Shown: piece by piece, positions 45,065 to 53,556 of the stretch
Layout: the number at the start of each line of letters is the position of its first letter
Numbering within the stretch: position 1 is the first letter of the stretch
Source: Acidimicrobiales bacterium
GTDB taxonomy: Bacteria > Actinomycetota > Acidimicrobiia > Acidimicrobiales > JAKAVM01
Length of the DNA stretch: 64,000 nucleotides
Assembly (NCBI GenBank): GCA_027452005.1
Contig: DAIDHF010000003.1
Span: 38,925 to 102,924, forward strand
Direction: 5' to 3'
Translations under genes and position numbers: made by a program
Notes under the pieces: generated by a model
Told to the model about the DNA's origin: nothing
Seen by the model: the letters and a program-made list of their open reading frames with translations, nothing else
Database searches by the model: none

Positions 45065-45871
45065 CTAGGTGGGCTTTTTCTCCTGGAGGTCGATATCAAA
45101 GACGATCCCCCTAATAAAGTCCTGTTGGGCAGCCGTGATGTTCTCGAAGAAGATGACCATCTCTTTTCTGCTGGCCGCTCCGGTGCCTAGTTCTCGGGTC
45201 CTATAAACGTGTCCATCAATGGCCACCGAGATCCGATCCCCCGAGTGCCGATTTAGGGCAGAAAACAACAGGTGGACCTTGTCGCCGCTGTGGATGGGCT
45301 CAGTCCCGTTAGCCACCACCCGAAGGGCGGCTTCGCTCACGTCCATCGTGGTCGCCTTGATCACGTCACGCCCGGAGTGGATTGATATAGGTCTCACGTG
45401 ATTGGCTCGGACAAAACGCCTTCGCTCGTGGTGGACGGGCATTGAAGTAAGTCGAACCCAGAAGTACTTTGAGTTCCTCTGCATCTTGGTCGACACGGCG
45501 GACTTAGACTCGTGCCAGCTAGAGTGGCCGGGCCAACCTATAATGGCCTGCTCTCCCTTTTCAGCCAGGTGCGATGGCCGGGCGTCATCGGGCAGGGCTA
45601 GGAGGACTTGCTTGGTCTCCTCGTCTACGCGTACCAGGTTGCACGACAGGGGACTGCGCCACCTGGGTATCTGGACCGAGATCGGTATTCTGGCTCCCTC
45701 AGGTAGGCAGTCTGGGGCCGGCTCAATCTTGGGCTTTGCCGGGGCGTGTCTGTGGTGACTCTTTACGGCCAGCTTTTTATCTTTGGACCGAATCTTTGTC
45801 CGGCGGGCAGTGCCTGGACCTTTAGATGGACTAGATCGTTTCCTGGGGTTCTTAGGACTCGAGTTGAACAA
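45065..45871 (-). CDS. PilZ-domain protein with a highly basic N-terminal tail
   Basis: ERRRFVR and the downstream TMDVSEAALRV resemble the RxxxR and DxSxxG PilZ signatures (G replaced by A). The start is TTG and is uncertain. Confidence 0.5.
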   Translation of the reverse strand: MFNSSPKNPRKRSSPSKGPGTARRTKIRSKDKKLAVKSHHRHAPAKPKIEPAPDCLPEGARIPISVQIPRWRSPLSCNLVRVDEETKQVLLALPDDARPSHLAEKGEQAIIGWPGHSSWHESKSAVSTKMQRNSKYFWVRLTSMPVHHERRRFVRANHVRPISIHSGRDVIKATTMDVSEAALRVVANGTEPIHSGDKVHLLFSALNRHSGDRISVAIDGHVYRTRELGTGAASRKEMVIFFENITAAQQDFIRGIVFDIDLQEKKPT

Positions 45872-46054
45872 AACGAAGTACTTACCCGTCTAGACCAGGT
45901 ATCGACTCAGGCTTCTTAAACATGGTGCCCACATTAGCCCAGCCGATCAAAAAAAACTGCCCCACTCCTGTATTCATCGGCACGTGAGCCCAAAACTTTG
46001 AGTCCAAAAGGTAACGTTGTGATTAGAGCTAAGATATCCCAGGTCATCTAGGTT

Positions 46055-46981
46055 TTATTTTACGGCAATCGGATTTACGAAAGAGCCAAGCCCACGCACG
46101 ATAGGTTCAGGGGTTCCCTCAAAGAAGAACTCGTAAACCCGGTCATCGGCACAGTCTCGTCCTAGCTCTTCAAGGTCAAAGTTCTGACCTTGGGTAAGAC
46201 CCATTTCGACTAAGTGGAGCATGTGAACCGGAAACATCAGGTCGTCTCTCTCACACGGGTAGACCTCTAGGGCGATCGTGTCGGTTGCCACGGCCGCAAC
46301 CTGGTGATCGTAGAACCATTCGGCAGTTTTCATAGAAAGTCCCGGCGAGGTAAAGAGATACCCATCTCGGTCTCCCTGGTGAAGAAGCTGTATGTGCCCG
46401 GTCCGAACTAACACAATATCGCCGGGTGCTGGCTTGATCCCACCCCAGGTTGCCGCCGCATCGAGGTCCTGACCGGTCAGGGCGTGCCCGCCGGTGAGAC
46501 GGTCAACGCCAGCAGCCCGGGCCACGTCCAACAAGATTCCCCGACCCACAATGGGACCGGTCTTGTGAATTCCAAGCTTGTGGGCCCCGTCGGTCGTGAT
46601 CTGGCTTGCTGAAAATCCGTTGTACAAGAGTCCGTCCCGGGACACGTGTGCCAGGGCATCCCAGTGGGTTGATCCCTGAGGGCTCACAATGAGCAGGTCG
46701 TCGCTCATTGCTGCTCCATCGGGATCTTGGGAGAGAGGCTCATTTATTGCCACCATGGTCTTGATTGGGTTTATCCGACCCTTTAGGGCGCCGGTTTGAG
46801 GACCACGATCAGACATGGGAAGGGCCAGTGAGATTGCCTTGCCTACCTTGACCAGCTGGGCCGCCCTGACTACTGCCTCAGGGGTAATAAAGTTCAAGGT
46901 ACCGCGTTGGTCGTCTGGTCCCCACCGCCCCCAGTTGTTGAGCTTCTTTGCTAGCTCAACGTATTCATCAGGAAGACCCAT
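46055..46981 (-). CDS. Putative cyclase-family protein (kynurenine formamidase-like fold)
   Basis: QGSTHWDALAHV matches the H.GTH.D...H cyclase-family metal motif. The start overlaps the upstream ligase gene by 14 nt. Confidence 0.7.
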   Translation of the reverse strand: MGLPDEYVELAKKLNNWGRWGPDDQRGTLNFITPEAVVRAAQLVKVGKAISLALPMSDRGPQTGALKGRINPIKTMVAINEPLSQDPDGAAMSDDLLIVSPQGSTHWDALAHVSRDGLLYNGFSASQITTDGAHKLGIHKTGPIVGRGILLDVARAAGVDRLTGGHALTGQDLDAAATWGGIKPAPGDIVLVRTGHIQLLHQGDRDGYLFTSPGLSMKTAEWFYDHQVAAVATDTIALEVYPCERDDLMFPVHMLHLVEMGLTQGQNFDLEELGRDCADDRVYEFFFEGTPEPIVRGLGSFVNPIAVK

Positions 46982-48617
46982 TTCTCTTCAAGATTAGCTC
47001 TTTAGCCCAGGGGTAGTCAGCTTTCCCCGAGGGGGACCTCTGCATCTGGTCTACGAAATGGATCTCTCTGGGAAGCTTGTAGCCCGCGATCAGCTTGCGA
47101 CAGTGGTCCTGAATAGAGGATAACTCTGGGGTTTTCCCGTCTCTGGGCTCAACAACCGCGGCCACCTTTTGGCCCCACTTTTCGTCAGGTATCCCGACCA
47201 CGACCACATCGTAAACCTCGGGATGTGACTTTATTGCCGACTCGACCTCTTCTGGAAATATCTTTTCACCGCCCGAGTTGATCGATACAGATCCCCTTCC
47301 CAGGAGGGTTATTGTCCCGTCCGCCTCGACCCGGGCGTAGTCACCGGGAACCACGTATCTCTTGCCAGCGATCTCAAAGAAGGTCTCTTTGGTCTTTTCA
47401 GGATCTTTCAGATATCCCAAGGGTATGTACCCGGTTCTGGCCAGCTTCCCGATCTTGTCTGAGCCGGGCTCTAGAGGATTGAAGTCGTCGTCTATGACCA
47501 GGCTTCCTTCAAGGGGAGTAACGGTAGGGCCACCGGCCATTTTGGTCTTCCCCGGGGAAAGGATAACTATCCCGTTGTTTCCACCCTCCGAAGATCCCAC
47601 GGCGTCAGAGATGATCAAGTTGGGAAAGTGTGAAAAGAACTGCTCTTTGAGGGCTGACGAAAAGATGGCCGCCGACGAACTTATTGCGAGCAGGCATGAC
47701 AGGTCGTAGTTTTTCCCTGACTCCTCCAAGGCCTCAACTAGTGGGCGAGCCATGGCGTCTCCGGTGATTAGAATTGTGTTAGCCCGCTCGGCCTCTACGG
47801 TCTCCCAGACCTTATAGGGGTCGAATTTGGCCGTAAGGATGACCTTGTCCCCAATAAAGCTAGATCCCATCACGCCCCACTGGGAGGCCCCGTGCATGAG
47901 AGGGGCGATCGGGAAGATGATGATACCCCCGTTTCTTCCCCTTTCAACCATGTCCCCGAGTTTTTCTGCCTTGAGACCTGAGATAGGGTCAATCCCGCGG
48001 CCCAAAGCATAGAAAACGTCGTGATGACGCCAGATTACCCCCTTGGGCATCCCCGTGGTTCCCCCGGTATAGAGAATGTACCTGTCGTCGCCCGAGCGCG
48101 GAGCAAAGTCGCGCTCTGGGGATCCCTGGGAAAGGGCATACTCAAACTCGATCGACCCGAACTTCTTTACGGCCTCAGCAATATCTTGGCTAGAAACTTG
48201 GTTCTCTTCAGTGTTGTCTATATCGTCCATTACAATTGACGTCTTCAAGAGTGCAAGAGAGGATCTGACTGCATTGATACGTGGAGTGAATTGACGGCCG
48301 TGTATTAGGGCTACAAGGTCAGCATTTTCAAACAGGTAGGCCAGTTCGTTCTCAACATATCGGTAGTTGATATTTATCCAGATCGCTCTTAGCTTGAAGA
48401 TTGCCCATAGGGACTCTACCCATTCAACACAGTTATACGCGTAAATCCCTACGTGGTCGCCAGGTCCCACCCCTTGGGCGGCCAGAAAGTGGGCCAGACG
48501 GTTAGCCCGGTCCTCCATCTCTTGATAGGTCCTGCGTTTAGAGTCGGCCACCAGGTACTCGCGCTCTGGGTAGTTGTCGACGGCATGTTCAAAGAGATCG
48601 GCTAAATTAAATTCCAT
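46968..48617 (-). CDS. Acyl-CoA synthetase (AMP-forming; FadD3-like by motif)
   Basis: The blocks ILYTGGTTGMPKGVIWRHHD, GSSEGG, GDYARVEADGTITLLGRGS and a C-terminal PSGKADY are present. Confidence 0.88.
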   Translation of the reverse strand: MEFNLADLFEHAVDNYPEREYLVADSKRRTYQEMEDRANRLAHFLAAQGVGPGDHVGIYAYNCVEWVESLWAIFKLRAIWININYRYVENELAYLFENADLVALIHGRQFTPRINAVRSSLALLKTSIVMDDIDNTEENQVSSQDIAEAVKKFGSIEFEYALSQGSPERDFAPRSGDDRYILYTGGTTGMPKGVIWRHHDVFYALGRGIDPISGLKAEKLGDMVERGRNGGIIIFPIAPLMHGASQWGVMGSSFIGDKVILTAKFDPYKVWETVEAERANTILITGDAMARPLVEALEESGKNYDLSCLLAISSSAAIFSSALKEQFFSHFPNLIISDAVGSSEGGNNGIVILSPGKTKMAGGPTVTPLEGSLVIDDDFNPLEPGSDKIGKLARTGYIPLGYLKDPEKTKETFFEIAGKRYVVPGDYARVEADGTITLLGRGSVSINSGGEKIFPEEVESAIKSHPEVYDVVVVGIPDEKWGQKVAAVVEPRDGKTPELSSIQDHCRKLIAGYKLPREIHFVDQMQRSPSGKADYPWAKELILKRNGSS

Positions 48618-49146
48618 ATCTGACGACCTGTCACATTATCAGCTCGGGGGTTATTTGGAAAGCGGACCGGCTCAGACAATCTCTAACTACCAAGGCCCAC
48701 GGAGTAACTGGGATATTGCAATCGGAATTTCGTTTTAGACCCGAGTATCCTCAATAGGTCCAGAACGAACACTAGTTCGGGTAGCAATTAAGTAGAAGAC
48801 TTTACAAATGAGTCTGACCTGTCCTGAAATGACGTGACTTTGGGGTCGATCACAGGCCAACCTGCCGCGAGCCGCGCGTTTGGCACCGTGGGAAGGTAAT
48901 CAGCGTCTTTGTGATGCGCTTTAGTTGAATTCGACGTTGAGGGGGGCCTTCATTAGGTAGTTCTTATTTGTGGCCTTCCTAATCCATCGGGGTACGAGTA
49001 ACAATCGGTGGAGGATCGCCTGCTGTTGGCACTCCAGCAAGCTGAGTATTTCCCTGTAGATAACCTGTTGCCCACCTGCTGCGCCTATAAAGCAGTGGGC
49101 TTGTGTCGCAATCTTTGTGAGATCAATGCTGCCTAGCAAGATTCCG

Positions 49147-49177
49147 TTGACAATATCGTCGGGGGGGGGGGTACCAT
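49147..49177 (+). promoter_or_regulatory. Candidate promoter TTGACA-N19-TACCAT whose spacer contains a G11 homopolymer
   Basis: TTGACA is at 49147-49152, G11 at 49161-49171 and TACCAT at 49172-49177. The site is 56 nt upstream of ATG 49233. Confidence 0.45.
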
Positions 49178-49232
49178 TTCAGGGGATGTGCTTTTTGAGT
49201 ACAGATAAGATTGAACGAAGGAAAATTGCCAT

Positions 49233-50633
49233 ATGGAGAGTCAAGGTATGATGCAACGATATGTTTGGAAGAAGCGGTCTTGGTTGATATTTCACCTTCC
49301 AACAAGACTAAAATGGGTCGGGGTCGTAGTAACTTCGTTGTGTGTTGTTCTCCTTGTTAGCTGTACCAATCCTGGAGGAAGTACGACCACAACAACTGAG
49401 CCTCCTCTCGACCAAGCTATGTGCTTATCTAATCCAGATTGTCACGATGTTTTAGAAGCTGGTATTGGAAATTTCCCAGGTATTGTAAACTATGGGATTG
49501 AAGGGACGTGGAATCGAGCGAACCTTCAAGTACAGACTTCTTCAAATACTCAAGCGTTCGTTGACTCCGAAATGTGGGATGGAAATAGTGGCTGCACCAA
49601 CTGGGTTGAAGAAGGGATAGCAGATGGCTACAAAGATGCCAACGGTACGACACACACAAATAGTGCCCAGCCAGCCTATCAAGCCTTTTATGCCTACGAG
49701 GCAGTAGGAGGGGAGTTCAATTATTACGAGATAGCAGCGATCGCTCCAGCGCCGACTACCACGGATAATTATGAGATTTCTCTCGATAACGGTCAAACCC
49801 AAACATGGCTGGTGCAGTGGGACGGAACCCAGTACACTACACCGAATATGGGGTATTCTTCCTCGAACTGTGCTGAAATTGGCGGCGAGGTTCTTGCAAA
49901 TGAGTTTCAAGCAGGCACTTTCAATATGTACTCTCAACTCCTCGGCAATGGTTATACCCCACAAAATTGGGGTAATTCTACAGACATCTATAACTCCGAT
50001 ACCGGTGCGTTCACGGACTCGTTTGTCAGCGGTGGCTCTGGTGGGAATGAATTTAGCTGGTCCACACTTCCCGTCAACAATGCACTAATAAGACCACCAG
50101 GTGGTCAAGGTAATGATACCGGTCCTTCAGTTACCCCAGAGACTTCGAGTCGATTTGCGGGGACACATCCAAATTTAGTCTCTCACTCTCCTGAGGCATG
50201 CTCGATGACTGCTGCGTGGTCGCTCCCGGCTAATCCAAAACCCGGTGATATATATGTGTCAAAGAACTTTCCACCAGCTTCGGTGCCTCCAACAGGGTGG
50301 TTGGCTCAGACTTTGCAAAACGTCGTTCTATTTGGACAACAGGTGGCATCTTGGTTTGGCAATACACCGCCAGCGCCAAGTGTCTCCAAGATCGGTGTCC
50401 AACAAATGTCCTGGTCAGACCTTTCTACACTTGATCCACAAGCGTTTTCCCCTGATTCCTCTCATGTTGCACCTTCCCGTTGTGTGTGGGTTGTTTCAAT
50501 TAATGCACCAATTCAAACGCCAAGTCCCCAGGGGGTCACTCCTAAGACACCCCAGGATTACACCGCTGTTGTTGATGCTAGTACTGGCGCCCTGATAGCT
50601 GTTGCCACCGGTGTTGATGTTGTTGCAAATTAG
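49233..50633 (+). CDS. Lipoprotein of unknown function (466 aa)
   Basis: A signal peptide with lipobox is present (VVTSLCVVLLVSC-TNPGG). GC is lower than in the surrounding genes. No family was recognised with confidence. Confidence 0.75.
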   Translation: MESQGMMQRYVWKKRSWLIFHLPTRLKWVGVVVTSLCVVLLVSCTNPGGSTTTTTEPPLDQAMCLSNPDCHDVLEAGIGNFPGIVNYGIEGTWNRANLQVQTSSNTQAFVDSEMWDGNSGCTNWVEEGIADGYKDANGTTHTNSAQPAYQAFYAYEAVGGEFNYYEIAAIAPAPTTTDNYEISLDNGQTQTWLVQWDGTQYTTPNMGYSSSNCAEIGGEVLANEFQAGTFNMYSQLLGNGYTPQNWGNSTDIYNSDTGAFTDSFVSGGSGGNEFSWSTLPVNNALIRPPGGQGNDTGPSVTPETSSRFAGTHPNLVSHSPEACSMTAAWSLPANPKPGDIYVSKNFPPASVPPTGWLAQTLQNVVLFGQQVASWFGNTPPAPSVSKIGVQQMSWSDLSTLDPQAFSPDSSHVAPSRCVWVVSINAPIQTPSPQGVTPKTPQDYTAVVDASTGALIAVATGVDVVAN

Positions 50634-50643
50634 GCGATTTCTC

Positions 50644-51057
50644 GTGGGACTAGGTTCACGTCGTCACATTGGTAAAGAGCTGGTTGGATTTATGGCAATA
50701 GTGATGATAGTAGCTGCTGGTTGTACGAGTCCTAGGTTCCATTCAAGCAATCCGTTGCGCCATAAAGGTCGGCAAACCATTGTGCATAGCGAAATGGGCA
50801 CGGTTACCGGGCAGATGGAGCCGTCAGGAGGCCCTGAAGGTGCCTCGCTTCCGCCCATTCACGGGACGATAGTTGTTCGTGCCGGAACAGATACCGGGCC
50901 AATTGTGACCTCCTTTTCTACCGATCCTATTGGGCGATTTTCTATAAAGCTCAAACCTGGTACCTACGTTTTGTTACCCAGTTGTGGAGCTTCTCCGGTG
51001 TTCACAGTTTCACCAGGTGTTAGTATCACTGTGAATCCCATCTGCGGTATCCCGTAA
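50644..51057 (+). CDS. Small lipoprotein with a carboxypeptidase-regulatory-like (prealbumin-fold) region
   Basis: A GTG start gives MGLGSRRHIGKELVGFMAIVMIVAAGC (lipobox). IHGTIVVRAGTDTGPIV...DPIGRFSIKLKPGTYVL resembles CarboxypepD_reg-type domains. ATG 50692 is an alternative start. Confidence 0.6.
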   Translation: MGLGSRRHIGKELVGFMAIVMIVAAGCTSPRFHSSNPLRHKGRQTIVHSEMGTVTGQMEPSGGPEGASLPPIHGTIVVRAGTDTGPIVTSFSTDPIGRFSIKLKPGTYVLLPSCGASPVFTVSPGVSITVNPICGIP

Positions 51058-51082
51058 GTCTTCAAAGAGATAACGCTGATAA

Positions 51083-51292
51083 GTGGCGGGCGTTGATTCT
51101 CGTCTTTTTGGTTGCCACCGACCGAGCGCATCAGACAAGGACTACTCCGAGGTGATCGCTACTCGGCTGACGACAGGGTGCTCCTGGAAAGATACCGAGC
51201 AACTATGTGGCAATCTGGCATCCGGTACCGGTGCCCCCTGGTGTGATGAGTGGATTATCGTGGAGTATTCCAAGCAATTGTTACCAAGGTGA
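51083..51292 (+). pseudogene. Decayed IS5-family transposase fragment (DUF4096-like segment)
   Basis: SDKDYSEVIATRLTTGCSWKDTEQLCGNLASGTGAPWCDEWIIVEYSKQLL parallels the ...RLRTGC.WRDLP..FG....T...R..EW...GV...LL block of IS5-family N-termini. Confidence 0.5.
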
Positions 51293-51397
51293 CTGTTGCC
51301 TAGAACACGATCATCTGCCTCGGCCTCGCAGAAGTCACAAGAACTCTAAACGCGATCAGATTGCCGTAGATCGCTTCTAAAAATCTAAGAAAAGGTC

Positions 51398-51466
51398 TTG
51401 ACAGATTAGAACCTGTTCTGTAGGGTGTATGAAATAACAACCAAGTGTTCTCTATACAGAACACTT
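51398..51466 (+). promoter_or_regulatory. Promoter (TTGACA-17 nt-TAGGGT) with a palindromic operator in the spacer and a second perfect 9-bp inverted repeat in the leader
   Basis: The -35 is at 51398-51403. The spacer contains TAGAACCTGTTCTG (51407-51420). The -10 is at 51421-51426. IR2 is AAGTGTTCT-CTATAC-AGAACACTT at 51443-51466. The RBS gaggag and the ATG at 51532 follow. Confidence 0.6.
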
Positions 51467-51531
51467 ATGGAAGTGGGCTGCAATGGAACTCTGTTTTATT
51501 CGCCCTATAGCAAATAACGAGGAGACTGACC

Positions 51532-52677
51532 ATGAAATTGGATCTGCTTTACGAGATTGATGTTCCAAAGCCCTGGCCTGGGGAGTTCCCCGAGAGCCAG
51601 CGCAATGCAGAGCAAAAGGCCTACAAAGAGGCTTTAGAGCAGATAAAGCTGGCCGACAAGTTAGGGTTCCACACGGTCTGGTTGGTCGAGCACCACTTTC
51701 GAGAGGGAAGGTCACACTCTTCAGCGCCCGAGGTAACCTTAGGAGCGCTTTCGCAGGCAACCGAGAATCTGAGACTTGGTTTCGGGGTGACCCTGCTTCC
51801 TCATCAGTTTCACCATCCGGCCCAGAACGCCGAGAGGGTGGCCACCCTCGACGTGTTGAGCGGTGGACGAGTCGAATGGGGGACCGGGAGGTCTACCCCA
51901 ATGGAGCAGACCGCGTTTCGGGTACCCATTGAAGACAGCCGGGAGGAGTGGCAGGAGGCTATTGAGACAATAGTGGAGATGTGGGAGAACGAGTACTACG
52001 AGTGCGACAAGAAGTTCCTGAAGTTTCCCAAGAGAATGGTTACTCCAAAGCCGGTCCAGTACCCTCACCCCCCGGCCTGGATGGCGGCGACATCAGAGGG
52101 TTCCTCGGCGGTAGCCGGCAAGCTCGGTCTGGGACTTCTAACTTTTGCGATCATGCAACCGGTAGACAAGTTGGCCAGCCATATCCGTCAGTACCGAGAG
52201 GCCGCAGCGAATGCCACCCCTATTACTCGGGTCAAGACCAACAAGGTGGCCGCTTACACCTTGGTCCACTGTGCTGAGACCATGGACCAGTGTGAGGCCA
52301 ATGGCGTCTGGGACTCGGTTTGGTGGTGGTACCAGAACCTGGCCGAGTTCACGATCAAGTGGGAACTTCCTCACCTGCCCGCCGAAGAGCAAGAAAAGGC
52401 GTTTCCTCTACTGCGCAAGCATTCGGAAGGAAACCTAAATCCGAAGGCGTTCAACGACGTGGACATGATTATCGTGGGTGACCCAGAGCGTTGCCTGGAG
52501 AAGTTTATCAAGTACGAAGGGATCGGCTGCGACCAGGTACTGTGTTACGTCCAGTTCGGTCATCTACCTCACGAGTCGGTCATGAAGACCATTGAGTTGC
52601 TTGGCAAAGAGGTTATTCCCGAACTTGAAAAGCGGGGCATTGAGACATCAATGACGGTCAAGGCCTCAGGCAACTAG
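51532..52677 (+). CDS. LLM-class (luciferase-like) flavin/F420-dependent oxidoreductase
   Basis: The N-terminus FHTVWLVEHHF and the overall TIM-barrel LLM pattern at 381 aa support the call. Confidence 0.8.
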   Translation: MKLDLLYEIDVPKPWPGEFPESQRNAEQKAYKEALEQIKLADKLGFHTVWLVEHHFREGRSHSSAPEVTLGALSQATENLRLGFGVTLLPHQFHHPAQNAERVATLDVLSGGRVEWGTGRSTPMEQTAFRVPIEDSREEWQEAIETIVEMWENEYYECDKKFLKFPKRMVTPKPVQYPHPPAWMAATSEGSSAVAGKLGLGLLTFAIMQPVDKLASHIRQYREAAANATPITRVKTNKVAAYTLVHCAETMDQCEANGVWDSVWWWYQNLAEFTIKWELPHLPAEEQEKAFPLLRKHSEGNLNPKAFNDVDMIIVGDPERCLEKFIKYEGIGCDQVLCYVQFGHLPHESVMKTIELLGKEVIPELEKRGIETSMTVKASGN

Positions 52678-52708
52678 ATATCTAACATAACTCGCGAGGA
52701 GGTTTGCA

Positions 52709-53509
52709 ATGACCAAGACAGATAACTCGCAGGTTCCTGACTACCTGGCCAAGCTGTCGCTAAATGGCAAGGGAGTGGTCCTTATCGGGGCTGGCCAGGG
52801 AATAGGAAGACAGAGTGCTCACGCCTTGGCACAGGCTGGAGCCAGGGTATTTTGTGTCGACCTAGACCCGGAGTTGGCCAAGGAGATCGCCGAAGAGGTT
52901 GACGGGATTGCCTGGAGTGGCAATGCAATCGACCGAGGCGAGTCCAGGGCACTCTTTGCCGAGGCCAAGGGAGCGTTGGGTTCGATCAACGCGGTGGTTG
53001 ACATTGTTGGAATGGCCCAGTATGCAAAGCTCCTAGATATCGACGATGACAAGTGGTCTTGGCACTTTGACATTGTTTTACGTCATGCCTGGCTGGCCCT
53101 GCAACACGGGGCCCAGATTATGATTGACCAAGAGTCCGGGGGAGCCATGGTGTTCGTGGCCTCAGTCTCGGGTCTGTCTTCAGCTCCCCTCCATGGAGCC
53201 TACGGGGCCGCCAAGGCCGGTTTGGTCTCCTTGGTAAAGACCGGGGCCGTAGAACTGGGCACTCATAATATCAGGGTTAATGCAGTTGCTCCGGGGGTTG
53301 TGTGGACCCCGAGAGTCTCGGGGTACCTAGGCGACGACGGCAAGGCCAAGAATGCCGGGAACTCCCCTTTAGGAAGGGTAGCTGAAACATCCGACATAGC
53401 CTCGGCAATCTTGTTCCTCGCTAGCGACCTAGCGGGATACGTAACTGGTCAGACCTTGGTCGTCGACGGCGGGGTAACCTCAAAGTTCCCGTTCCCCATG
53501 GACTTTTGA
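52709..53509 (+). CDS. Short-chain dehydrogenase/reductase (SDR)
   Basis: The cofactor loop is VLIGAGQGIGRQ, the catalytic YGAAKAG is present, and the C-terminus reads GQTLVVDGG. Confidence 0.88.
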   Translation: MTKTDNSQVPDYLAKLSLNGKGVVLIGAGQGIGRQSAHALAQAGARVFCVDLDPELAKEIAEEVDGIAWSGNAIDRGESRALFAEAKGALGSINAVVDIVGMAQYAKLLDIDDDKWSWHFDIVLRHAWLALQHGAQIMIDQESGGAMVFVASVSGLSSAPLHGAYGAAKAGLVSLVKTGAVELGTHNIRVNAVAPGVVWTPRVSGYLGDDGKAKNAGNSPLGRVAETSDIASAILFLASDLAGYVTGQTLVVDGGVTSKFPFPMDF

Positions 53510-53556
53510 TATTGAACACCTGATCGTTACGTGAGTAAAGCCGTAAGGACAAATCT

